From positions 6,485 through 70,484 of the IMG/VR virus record IMGVR_UViG_2667527408_000002: DNA of 64,000 nucleotides. One strand, 5' to 3'. The translations under genes were made by a program, and so were the position numbers. Positions 48,786-57,812 of this stretch are shown here, in pieces (position 1 is the stretch's first letter; each line of letters begins with the position of its first letter). The notes below the pieces were generated by a model. That model had not been told where the DNA came from. It saw nothing but the letters and a program-made list of their open reading frames with translations, and ran no database searches. Origin of the DNA: a virus (lineage: Duplodnaviria > Caudoviricetes).

Positions 48786-51700
48786 TTCGTTTCCTTTCTG
48801 TTTCTTTGCGCGGTCGCTCTGATGAGAAGCTCCTCGATATTGGTATAAATGCGGCGGGCTATATAGCCTTCATCGCATAAATATTGTAAGGCATGCTGCT
48901 TCTTCAATGTAATGTTGCTGTCTGCAAGAACTGTGACAATGCAGTCGTCGAAGCTCTCAAATCCAGCGCTTTTTTTCACGATAGCACCGACGCATTTGTT
49001 CGCATTAAAGCCGGTATGCAAAAGCGTGTATTTTTCACTGTATGCTGCAGCATAGTGTTCCAGCAGATATTCGTTCCAAGGAAATCCCGCATTGGGGAAA
49101 AGACTATAGCCATCGATTTTTTCAATAGAGATATAATCTCCCCTGCAAAAACGGTCAAGCACAGCATCGGTTTCGTGCACAAGGAAGTGTGCCTGTTTTT
49201 TCGCCACAAAACGGTCATGACTGATTCGTAGCGAATTCTCATAAACAGGATCAAAGTAGATAACTGTACCAAGTTCACTCGCAAGTACACTTAGTTCGTC
49301 AAGAGTAAACGTATCTCTGCTATGACAATAATCCGCAAAAACATCGGACATGGTAAGATCACTACCAAGCCTGCTGATGATGTTGCCTGAAAAAGAGAAC
49401 TCGTGGCAGAGATGGTATTTTATTGCATCACGTAAACCGACCACAGAGAAAATGGAATTTTTCTCGTATATGTAAGGATACTTTGACTTGATGGCTTCTA
49501 CGAGCTCGTTACCACTCAGAAATTTCTTCTCTTCGATGGCCGAAGCGATGATTTCTACAATGTTGTCCATTTCCTCATCAGAGAAATGGACAGCAGAGAC
49601 ATGAAAATATTCTCCACGACCATTGCTGATAAATTCACCGTTTGTCGCAAGAATCTGCTTAATTTTTTGCTGTGGGATATGCGGGAGATTGTCAAACATC
49701 GAATCATAAGTCATCGGAGTGGCATATTCCTTGAGGCAAGTGCGAACTTCATCTATGGGATCTACCGTCGTATTCGCATTTATAGAAAGATAACTCCTGC
49801 CGAAAAAGTATTTTTTGCCCAGCATAAACGAGAGATATGCCTTGAGCATATCCGCATTGTAGATGAAATAGTCCAAGAAATCTTCGGAGAATTCATTAAA
49901 GAGAGCCTGATAATATAGGGCGGTTTTACCTTCGTCAAAGCTCTTCTGAATGTATGTAAATAGCCTCTCACGCGTCTCGTCACCAAGCATAGTCTGTGGT
50001 ACGAAAACTTTGTCTTCATACAGAATACCGCAAATACTTATATTGCGCTCAATTGTTGCATCGTCATCTTCAAGTACCTTTTCGTTCATTTGCTCATAGC
50101 AACGCTTGAATTTGCGAAGCTCTATGGGCGAACCCAAACGAAAACCTTTACAGAAATTCTGAGTAAGAACATTAAGGTATGTTTCGTCCGCACCCGGCTG
50201 CGGCACTGATTCACCAGTTGTGCTGGTATCAGTCGCTATAACGGCTGAGGTATCTGCTCGTAAGAAGAGAAGCAGTTTCTTCATTGCGACGTAAAAGCGA
50301 TTGTGCTGCCGGTTGTTGTATTCGATAAAAACGGGGTCGCTAAACAGAGCATCAACCGTGGCCTTTGCTTCATGCCAATCGGAAGTGAAAAGCTGATGGT
50401 GCTCAAAATAGTGCTCTTTGGCATAGTGTTCTGCAGTGCTAATAGCAGAAACATAGCTACGGCATGTACCGTCTGCCATTCCTTCATGATTACTTAGAAA
50501 CGCAGTAAAACTATTACTGTCGATCACCATGCCTGAATACATAGGGCTATCTTGAGCAATAGTAACGCGGGGCATAGCTACTGTATCTGACTTCCTTTGA
50601 TATTCAATAATGACATTCTCGTAGTCCACTCTGCAAATATCAAGCAGAGCTTTTATTTTTCCTAAGATATTTGTCGCACTTAAGTTAGTTTCCAAGTACA
50701 TTTGCATAAATATAGGTTTAGGCGCAGTCATGGTTCTTGCAATCTCTTTATTTCCAAAATCGACTCGTCCAGATCCTGTAAAAGATTTGCCTACAGGGAT
50801 AGAGCTCCAATAGTCATCATATAAGTTTGATACCAGCTTTACATATACATCCGTCCAAGAAGCCACGTCTGTTATTCTGTCATCAAAGTAGGAAATGCTA
50901 ATTGGTTTCGTATATGAGTAATCGCCAATATTATTGAAGTCAACAACATTAAATTCCACCTTGGGTTGCATAACTTCAAGTTCCAATAAACCCGCCGAAA
51001 CCTCAACGGGCTCGTCATGACGAGAAATTTCTTCAGAAAATTTATATCGTCTATCTTCGCACGTTGACCAGCTAACATTATCAAGAATATCTTCAATATC
51101 AGCGCACCGCGCTATGTGATTTATCCGCTCAGACAACGCTGCAATAGTTGTTCCACCTTCACCGCATTCAAACATATCACGCAGGGAAAAAAATATACGC
51201 TTGTAAACAAGCGGGTACTTAGCAATAAGTCGTCTGTCCTGCTCTGTTCGAACGTATAACTCCGGCACCTTCCCGGCTACTTCCTGCGGTCTCTCCGAGA
51301 CTATTTGTGTTTCAGATTGCTTTGGATCCGATACATCCTGCGTGGGTGCGATTTTTTCGTTGACCTTTTCACGATTACCTTCTCGAACATATTTGAGCAA
51401 GCAGAACATTGCTGTATCAATATGCTTTAATTGCTTTTTGTTAACGATGCGGAAAATCTTATTTTGAGATACCGTCTTTTGGACAGTTTTCAATATATCC
51501 AAATCCGTCGTTTCAAACAACGGGGCTTTCAATATTCTGAGCTTTAGGCAAAATTGTTCAATCGTGTCACATGAAGCAAGCACTGCCTCTATTGGAGCAG
51601 TTGGCATAACTTCGGCAAGCCATGACAAAAAGCTTTCTCTATTATTGAGTTTGCCATCAATCATAGTCCTTGCCTCCTTCAATAGTTTTTCGAATTCGCC

Positions 51701-51988
51701 ATGGTTCTCTTTATATAAAGTTACAATCTCAGTAAAGAGCAGTGTTGCTGCTTTCATCACTGTTCTACCACAATACGCGGATTCCATGCTTTGCATCTGA
51801 AAAGAGATACCATTCTCATTCCGAAAGATATCGTCTATTTCCATCCCGTTGTTAATAGCCATCTTTCGCAAATCGGCAGATACCCTTTTTATAATATGCA
51901 ACCTTGGAAGTTCGCCTTTGAGAACTTCAATGTAGCCGTCCAGTAGGATTGCTGCTTCGTGGCGGCTCCATGCTAATTTAGTTCCCAT
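48782..51988 (-). CDS. 1068-aa multidomain putative DNA-binding protein
   Basis: Long ORF coupled to ydbC and brxP; internal repeat; YLETNLSA module. Confidence 0.75.
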   Translation of the reverse strand: MGTKLAWSRHEAAILLDGYIEVLKGELPRLHIIKRVSADLRKMAINNGMEIDDIFRNENGISFQMQSMESAYCGRTVMKAATLLFTEIVTLYKENHGEFEKLLKEARTMIDGKLNNRESFLSWLAEVMPTAPIEAVLASCDTIEQFCLKLRILKAPLFETTDLDILKTVQKTVSQNKIFRIVNKKQLKHIDTAMFCLLKYVREGNREKVNEKIAPTQDVSDPKQSETQIVSERPQEVAGKVPELYVRTEQDRRLIAKYPLVYKRIFFSLRDMFECGEGGTTIAALSERINHIARCADIEDILDNVSWSTCEDRRYKFSEEISRHDEPVEVSAGLLELEVMQPKVEFNVVDFNNIGDYSYTKPISISYFDDRITDVASWTDVYVKLVSNLYDDYWSSIPVGKSFTGSGRVDFGNKEIARTMTAPKPIFMQMYLETNLSATNILGKIKALLDICRVDYENVIIEYQRKSDTVAMPRVTIAQDSPMYSGMVIDSNSFTAFLSNHEGMADGTCRSYVSAISTAEHYAKEHYFEHHQLFTSDWHEAKATVDALFSDPVFIEYNNRQHNRFYVAMKKLLLFLRADTSAVIATDTSTTGESVPQPGADETYLNVLTQNFCKGFRLGSPIELRKFKRCYEQMNEKVLEDDDATIERNISICGILYEDKVFVPQTMLGDETRERLFTYIQKSFDEGKTALYYQALFNEFSEDFLDYFIYNADMLKAYLSFMLGKKYFFGRSYLSINANTTVDPIDEVRTCLKEYATPMTYDSMFDNLPHIPQQKIKQILATNGEFISNGRGEYFHVSAVHFSDEEMDNIVEIIASAIEEKKFLSGNELVEAIKSKYPYIYEKNSIFSVVGLRDAIKYHLCHEFSFSGNIISRLGSDLTMSDVFADYCHSRDTFTLDELSVLASELGTVIYFDPVYENSLRISHDRFVAKKQAHFLVHETDAVLDRFCRGDYISIEKIDGYSLFPNAGFPWNEYLLEHYAAAYSEKYTLLHTGFNANKCVGAIVKKSAGFESFDDCIVTVLADSNITLKKQHALQYLCDEGYIARRIYTNIEELLIRATAQRNRKETN

Positions 51989-52208
51989 CGTTAAACAACT
52001 CGATTAACACGGATGTCAGTGTTCTTATTTCGTCCTTAGAAAGTGTGACACCTTTACCCATTTTTGTATGGTCGGGAGACCATGCGCGAATATCATATTT
52101 AGCTTCGTTGCCATTCCAAGTAACAAGATTAATTTCCTTTATCCATCCACCTTTTTCTTCAGATAGGCAAGCTATTTTTTGCTTGATTTCATATTGCAAG
52201 TCAGGCAT
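51978..52208 (-). CDS. YdbC/PC4-family ssDNA-binding protein
   Basis: GW.KEINLV.WN....YDIR.W.PDH.KMGKG.TL. Confidence 0.85.
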   Translation of the reverse strand: MPDLQYEIKQKIACLSEEKGGWIKEINLVTWNGNEAKYDIRAWSPDHTKMGKGVTLSKDEIRTLTSVLIELFNDGN

Positions 52209-52254
52209 AATTTGTCACACTCCTTTATAAACTCAAGTATTATTTGCTTTCTGC

Positions 52255-52385
52255 GGCACCACTCGTCGACTTCGGATTTTTTATACTTCCATAGGCGGCC
52301 GACTTTATGCGGGCATACTTCGGTTGCTAATTCATTGCAATACAGTTTCTCTGCTAACATCAAGGTATTGCGTTATTTCTTTCAT
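52255..52385 (-). pseudogene. Degraded excisionase-family HTH regulator
   Basis: MKEITQYLDVSRETVLQ*ISNRSMPA, frameshift, KVGRLWKYKKSEVDEW. Confidence 0.75.
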
Positions 52386-52589
52386 CGTCTCGTCACACTA
52401 GTGAGAAATCGCCTTCTGGGTTGATGTATCTTATTAGGAACCATTTTTACATATAGTCTTATCTTAGCGCTAGTGCTATCCGATAAAACGGATAGTAAAA
52501 GGGGTGGGAGTAGGATTTTCGCAATGATATAATTACATTATACGACAATATATCCCAACCTTCAATAAAAATCAACCATGAAATTGCTC

Positions 52590-52640
52590 TTGACATTTCA
52601 CGTACAGGAGTATATATTACTAGTAAGCAGTTTAGCTAAC
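52590..52640 (+). promoter_or_regulatory. Sigma-A promoter with operator-like palindrome
   Basis: TTGACA-17-TATATT, then GTAAGC-N6-GCTAAC. Confidence 0.7.
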
Positions 52641-52721
52641 AAGCATTTTTTCTGTAATAGGATAATGAATTTTGCTTTTTGAATATTGCAGGTATGTAAT
52701 CTATTAAGATAGGTGGAAATA

Positions 52722-53096
52722 ATGAAAGAAAAGTACATGAATTTCGGCGAGTTTATCGCCAAGAAGCGTGAAGAGAAGCAAATAACCTTAAGGGAGATGG
52801 CTAAGGAACTTGATATAACCCCCCCATATTTAAGTGATGTTGAAAAAGACAGACGAAATCCCTTTGATATTGATAAGCTGGATTTACTTGCTCAAATACT
52901 TATGTTAACAAAATCAGAAAAAACTTTAATGCTTGATTTAGCCGGTAAGAAAAGAAAAGCTGTTGCCCCCGATTTACCTGAATATATCATGGAGCGGGAT
53001 TATGTCAGCGCAGCACTGCGCACCGCTCGCGATCTGGATGCGGGGGAAGAAGAATGGAAAAAGTTCATTGAGGATTTACAAAAACGGAAGGGGTAA
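52722..53096 (+). CDS. XRE-family HTH repressor
   Basis: FGEFI..KR.....TLREMA..L.I...YLSDVEK.RR. Confidence 0.9.
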   Translation: MKEKYMNFGEFIAKKREEKQITLREMAKELDITPPYLSDVEKDRRNPFDIDKLDLLAQILMLTKSEKTLMLDLAGKKRKAVAPDLPEYIMERDYVSAALRTARDLDAGEEEWKKFIEDLQKRKG

Positions 53097-53105
53097 TTCT
53101 CGCCT

Positions 53106-53867
53106 ATGCGCACTCCCGTCTTTCATGTTACTAAAAATGGTGTACCTATACTAAGCAAACAAGACATAGACAACATTGCAGAACAATTATTACAGGATTT
53201 TTGCCCCGGAGTGTTCAATAAACCCATGCCGATAGATGTTGACTCCTTTGCGCAGAATTATCTTGGAATCGAACAGGACTTTCAGTTCTTATCCCATTGC
53301 GGGATATACCTTGGGATGATGGTTTTTAACGATACAAATAAGATTCCAGTGTACAACCCCAAGACGAAAACAGCTGAATATATCAGCGCCAAAGCGAGAA
53401 CGGTGATCATTGATAATACTTTACTTGATAGCAAACAGGAACACCGGTATCGGTTTACCATGGGACATGAAAGCGCACACAGTATCTTACATACCGGATA
53501 TTTTGTACGTAATCAGGATGAGGTACCAGCGCCGAATTCTTTCCCTGCTGCAATGATACAATGCCGAGTAGATGCGCAGAAGTGCAAGCCAAAGCCACTC
53601 GAGCAGTGGACTGATTCAGACCGGATGGAATGGCAGGCGAACCGCTTTGCTTCTGCCCTGCTGATGCCCAAGAGTATGGTTATGAAGCTTATACAAGGCA
53701 TCAGCTTTAGTGAAGAAGAATTTCGCGAAGCGTTTTATGTCGTAAAGACATCCAGAGTATTCAATGTATCCTGTGAGGCCGCCAAGTATCGTCTGCTGGA
53801 ACTCGGCCTCATCAAAAGGCATAGGTCTCTTGATGTGCGGATAGATATTGCAAAGTATGAGTTTTGA
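53106..53867 (+). CDS. ImmA/IrrE-family metallopeptidase
   Basis: RFTMGHESAH (HExxH), EWQANRFASALLMP. Confidence 0.92.
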   Translation: MRTPVFHVTKNGVPILSKQDIDNIAEQLLQDFCPGVFNKPMPIDVDSFAQNYLGIEQDFQFLSHCGIYLGMMVFNDTNKIPVYNPKTKTAEYISAKARTVIIDNTLLDSKQEHRYRFTMGHESAHSILHTGYFVRNQDEVPAPNSFPAAMIQCRVDAQKCKPKPLEQWTDSDRMEWQANRFASALLMPKSMVMKLIQGISFSEEEFREAFYVVKTSRVFNVSCEAAKYRLLELGLIKRHRSLDVRIDIAKYEF

Positions 53868-53919
53868 TTCTTGATAAAATCAGCGGGTTAAACGCTCGCT
53901 GAATATTTTTCCCCTATTT

Positions 53920-53937
53920 GTAAGCAAGTTAGCTTAC
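53920..53937. promoter_or_regulatory. Operator-like palindrome GTAAGC-N6-GCTTAC
   Basis: Near-identical to 52623-52640. Confidence 0.65.
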
Positions 53938-53962
53938 ATAATAATACCATTGGAGGCATCAA

Positions 53963-54163
53963 ATGAAAAAACAAGTCCCCTGCCCACGGTGTGGCAGCCG
54001 TATCATGGACGCTGAAGAATGCGTTAATACGCAGTCAAAGATATATAACCCATATGATCCCGGCCCTCCCAGAGACCGATGGCGGCCGGATTATTACATA
54101 AAATGCTGGAAATGTGGCACAAAAATCGCCTTCCGTAAGATAGATTCCAATATACGTACTTAG
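53963..54163 (+). CDS. Small Zn-ribbon protein
   Basis: CPRC...IKCWKC; GGAGG RBS. Confidence 0.75.
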   Translation: MKKQVPCPRCGSRIMDAEECVNTQSKIYNPYDPGPPRDRWRPDYYIKCWKCGTKIAFRKIDSNIRT

Positions 54164-54191
54164 TACAGAGCACGATGCGATTATGACATAC

Positions 54192-54375
54192 GAGCCTGAC
54201 AAGTAGCTTTAAAGCTATGCGTCAGGCTCTTTTTATATATGCTTTAGGCTGCTTGTCAGGCTCTTGATAAAAATTCAAGGGCTTTGAGCTTCAGTCAGAT
54301 ACATCCCCATTTCTGCGGACTGACTTGTTTTTTGGCTTGTTGGTATTAGCCCTTGAAATCCAAATTTCAAGGAGG
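54192..54375 (+). promoter_or_regulatory. Structured leader with alternative hairpins and RBS-sequestering stem
   Basis: GAGCCTGAC has two alternative partners; CCTTGAAAT/ATTTCAAGG stem covers the RBS. Confidence 0.65.
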
Positions 54376-54382
54376 CTATACG

Positions 54383-54826
54383 ATGAGACAGCATAAAACA
54401 AGCAAGGACAAGCGCGCCACCTACATCTACTACACCGAGGACGGACACAAAACCATACTGGTTCCGGGCAAGGACGGAGTTACTGAAGCAGATATTCATA
54501 CCCTGCATGAATTTGATGATGCGGAGTATCGTCAGCATCGCCGAGAAACCGAAAAGCACCGCTCTATTGAAGCCGCTATAGAGGAAAACGCCGAGCAGTT
54601 TCCGAGCAGCTTTAATCTTGAAGCTGCCGCTCTGCAAAACATTGAAAACGCCAACCTGCATGAAGCCATCAATTCCCTGCTGCCCCAGCAGAAAGCCTTG
54701 ATACATAAAGTATTCTTTGAAGGATGCAGCCTTGAGAGCATTGCCCGCGAGGAGGGTGTTTCCGGACAAGCTATCGGAAACCGTCTGAAAAAGATTATTG
54801 ATAAACTGCAAAAAGTTTTGAAATAG
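54383..54826 (+). CDS. Sigma-70 region 4-type phage regulator
   Basis: LHEAI.SL.PQQ..LI...FFEG.S...IAR.EGVS..AI..R. Confidence 0.8.
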   Translation: MRQHKTSKDKRATYIYYTEDGHKTILVPGKDGVTEADIHTLHEFDDAEYRQHRRETEKHRSIEAAIEENAEQFPSSFNLEAAALQNIENANLHEAINSLLPQQKALIHKVFFEGCSLESIAREEGVSGQAIGNRLKKIIDKLQKVLK

Positions 54827-54902
54827 GGGGTTGGGATTCGCCTCTGCCGCCGGATATAGACAGAAGGGCAAATGTAGTCCTTCGGAAACGGAGGTAAACC
54901 AA

Positions 54903-55100
54903 ATGAAACATCAGATTGTCATCAACGTATCCGACCCCAAGGGGCAAAAACGCACGGTGCTGACCGGCGGCGATGTCAAGCTGCGCGACCGCTTTTTGAA
55001 TCTGCTGTTCGGTAAAGGACAGCGTGTGTTGGTGCTTGTTCCCGCTGATTCGGTTCAGTCGGTCGCCATTAAGGAGGTGTCTGCCGATGCAGCAACCTGA
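54903..55100 (+). CDS. Small hypothetical protein
   Basis: GGAGG RBS; LRDRFL..LFG....V.VLVP.DSV. Confidence 0.7.
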   Translation: MKHQIVINVSDPKGQKRTVLTGGDVKLRDRFLNLLFGKGQRVLVLVPADSVQSVAIKEVSADAAT

Positions 55101-56547
55101 TATGCCGGTGAAAGCAAGGCCCTACAGGCACCAGCAGGAAGCCTTTGATTTTGCCTGCAAACTGTTCGGCCTGCCGGTTGGAGGTGATGTCCGCCGCATT
55201 TTCAGTAGAGGAGCAGCCCTCCTTATGGAAATGGGCTGACCATGCACCGGAAAAACCATTACAAGCATCGGCATTGCCGGAGCTCTGTACCAGGCAGACC
55301 TCATCCGCAGGGTTCTGGTGGTAGCGCCACTTTCTATCCTTGGCGTTTGGGAAGAAGAATTCAAAAAGTTCGCTGATTTTGACTTTTCTCTTTCAATCCT
55401 TGCAGGTTCAAGTGTGAAAAAGGTCGAGACCTTACGGCAGATGAATGGTCAGGCGCTCCAAGTAGCGGTGGTCAACTACGAGTCTGCCTGGCGGCTCGAG
55501 AAGGAGCTGCTTACGTGGGATGCCGACCTCATCATTGCCGATGAGGGGCACAAAATTAAAACGCACAATATCGCCGCATCCAAGACCATGTACAAGCTGG
55601 GTGCAAAAGCACGGTACCGGCTTCTTCTGACGGGGACAGTCATCACAAACAAAGCGATTGATGTTTTCAGCCAGTACAAATTTCTTAACCCGGCAGTCTT
55701 CGGGCAGAGCTTCTATGCCTTCCGCAACCGGTACTTTGATATGGTCGGCTACGGTAACCACACCCCAGTGCTGAAGAAGTCAATGGAACAGGAGCTCACC
55801 AGGCGGCTGCACAGCATAGCCTTTCGGGCGACAAAAGCGGAGTGTCTCGATCTTCCAGATACAATCGACATAATCCGGCACGTCTACCTGGAACCGCAGG
55901 CTACCGGAATCTACCGGGGCTTAGTCAAAGACAGCTATGCTGAGCTGTCCAAGGGTGAGGTCAGCGTAACCAACGTTCTGACCCGGCTGCTCCGCCTTTC
56001 ACAGCTTACCGGCGGCTTTATCAGTGATGATGAAAGCGGCATCGTTCAAAAGGTCAGTGACGCAAAGCTAAAAGCGCTTGAAGACATCCTCGACGCCACC
56101 CTGCAGGAAGATAAAAAGCTGGTGGTTATCGCCAGATTCGTTCCTGAGCTGCAGGCCATCTGCAAAATGCTTGCTAATCGACATGTCCGCTACTCCCTCA
56201 TCATGGGCGGTGTAAAAGACCGCTCAGAACAGGTTGAACGGTTTCAAAACGATCCAGAGGTGTCTGTCTTTGTAGGACAGATTGCCACGGCGGGGCTGGG
56301 CATTACACTCACCGCCGCCAGTACGATGGTGTTCTATTCGTTGGATTACTCGATGTCCAATTTTGAGCAGACCAAGGCCCGTATCCACCGGGTCGGCCAG
56401 AAAAACGACTGTACCTACCTGTACCTTGTGGCCAAAGGCACTGTGGATGAGAAGGTTCTAAAAGCACTGCAGCAGAAAGCAGATCTCGCAAAAGCACTGG
56501 TGGATGATTATCGCCAAGGCAACAACCCATTTACACAATTGGAGTGA
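55087..56547 (+). CDS. SNF2-family helicase with in-frame TGA at 55237-55239 (recoded or pseudogene)
   Basis: PYRHQ, LLMEMG*PCTGKT, DEGH, LTGT, GLGITL, RIHRVGQ all in one frame. Confidence 0.8.
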
Positions 56548-56553
56548 ACAAAT

Positions 56554-56970
56554 ATGGAATCAGAAAGTATGTTTGAACTGGCTGAGCAGCTGAAAGAGCT
56601 GCGTGAAAGCAAGAAATATGCCGAACAGGAGCTCAAGGAGATCAACGCCGACATCGAATCCACCGAACAGCAACTGGCGCAGCTCATGCTCGATACCGAA
56701 ACGCAGAGCTTTAACCGTAACGGCACGATGTTTTATCTCAGCTCTACCGTCCGTGCCTCAGCTGTCGCCGGTCGCAAGGACGAACTCTATACGGCACTAC
56801 GGGAGCAGGGTTTCGGTGACCTAGTTTACGAAACAGTGAACGCCAATAGTCTGTCGGCCTTTGTTAAGGAGCGGATGTCCGAAAACGAAGATGCACTCCC
56901 TGCTTGGCTGGACGGCTTGGTTAACCCTTACGAGAAAACTACCGTCAACATCCGCAATGTTACGAAATAA
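56554..56970 (+). CDS. Phage coiled-coil hypothetical protein
   Basis: 138-aa ORF in replication operon; VNANSLSAFVKE. Confidence 0.7.
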   Translation: MESESMFELAEQLKELRESKKYAEQELKEINADIESTEQQLAQLMLDTETQSFNRNGTMFYLSSTVRASAVAGRKDELYTALREQGFGDLVYETVNANSLSAFVKERMSENEDALPAWLDGLVNPYEKTTVNIRNVTK

Positions 56971-56993
56971 CAACATTTTAGGAGGATAAATTT

Positions 56994-57746
56994 ATGTCTG
57001 AAAACAAAGAACTTACAACCACTGCGCAGAGTGGCTATCTTCTAGTAGCCGATTTCAATATGTCAGAGTCCATTGCCGATGAACTGGCGGGGCTTGACCT
57101 TACCTTTGACCGCATCAAGATTCCCAGCGGAGGCGGTACCGTGTATGAGGTACCCGGTGAGGATTCCGATGAATGCGATACCGTTAAGGAGTTCTCCGCT
57201 GTCATCCTGTACCATCATCCGGTGTTTGCCTTTTACAAGGAAAAGTATACCGGCGGCTCCAACCCTCCGGATTGCGGAAGCTATGACGGCATTACCGGCG
57301 AGGGCAATCCGGGCGGCAAGTGCAGAACCTGTCCCCTCAACCAGTTCGGCAGCGCTGAAAACAACGGCAAGGCCTGCAAGAACCGCCGCCGTATCTATCT
57401 GCTCCGTGAGGGCGAGGTATTCCCGCTTATCCTGTCCCTCCCTACCGGCTCAATAAAGGAGTTCACCCGGTACATCCAGCGTCTGCTCGGCAAGGGCAGA
57501 AAGTCTTATGGCGTGGTTACCAAATTTGCACTGAAGAAGGCGTCCAGCAACAGCGGTATCGCATATTCTCAAGCGACCTTCGGTATCGACCGTGTTCTTA
57601 CCGACGAGGAAATTGCCGCCGTCCGTCCTCTTGCCAATCAGGTGAAGGCTATGAGCCGGAAGGTCGGCTACGACATGGACGAGCCTGCCGAAATGCCCAT
57701 CAATGTTGACCCTGAAACCGGCGAGGTTATCGAACCTTTGAAATAA
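56994..57746 (+). CDS. Putative ssDNA-binding/replication protein
   Basis: PPDC.S.DG, C..CP.NQFGS, GKACKN; VDPETGEV tail. Confidence 0.65.
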   Translation: MSENKELTTTAQSGYLLVADFNMSESIADELAGLDLTFDRIKIPSGGGTVYEVPGEDSDECDTVKEFSAVILYHHPVFAFYKEKYTGGSNPPDCGSYDGITGEGNPGGKCRTCPLNQFGSAENNGKACKNRRRIYLLREGEVFPLILSLPTGSIKEFTRYIQRLLGKGRKSYGVVTKFALKKASSNSGIAYSQATFGIDRVLTDEEIAAVRPLANQVKAMSRKVGYDMDEPAEMPINVDPETGEVIEPLK

Positions 57747-57812
57747 TCATCTGTCCGGCGCGGGAGTGGAGCGTGTCTCCCCTCCCATGCGGCTGGGCAG
57801 TAAGGAGCCAGT

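Noticed and set aside
52255-55239. TGA reassigned to Trp, suggested by two in-frame TGAs
   Set aside because: TGA ends many intact genes in the window; the HTH gene is also frameshifted; Trp would not restore the Walker A spacing
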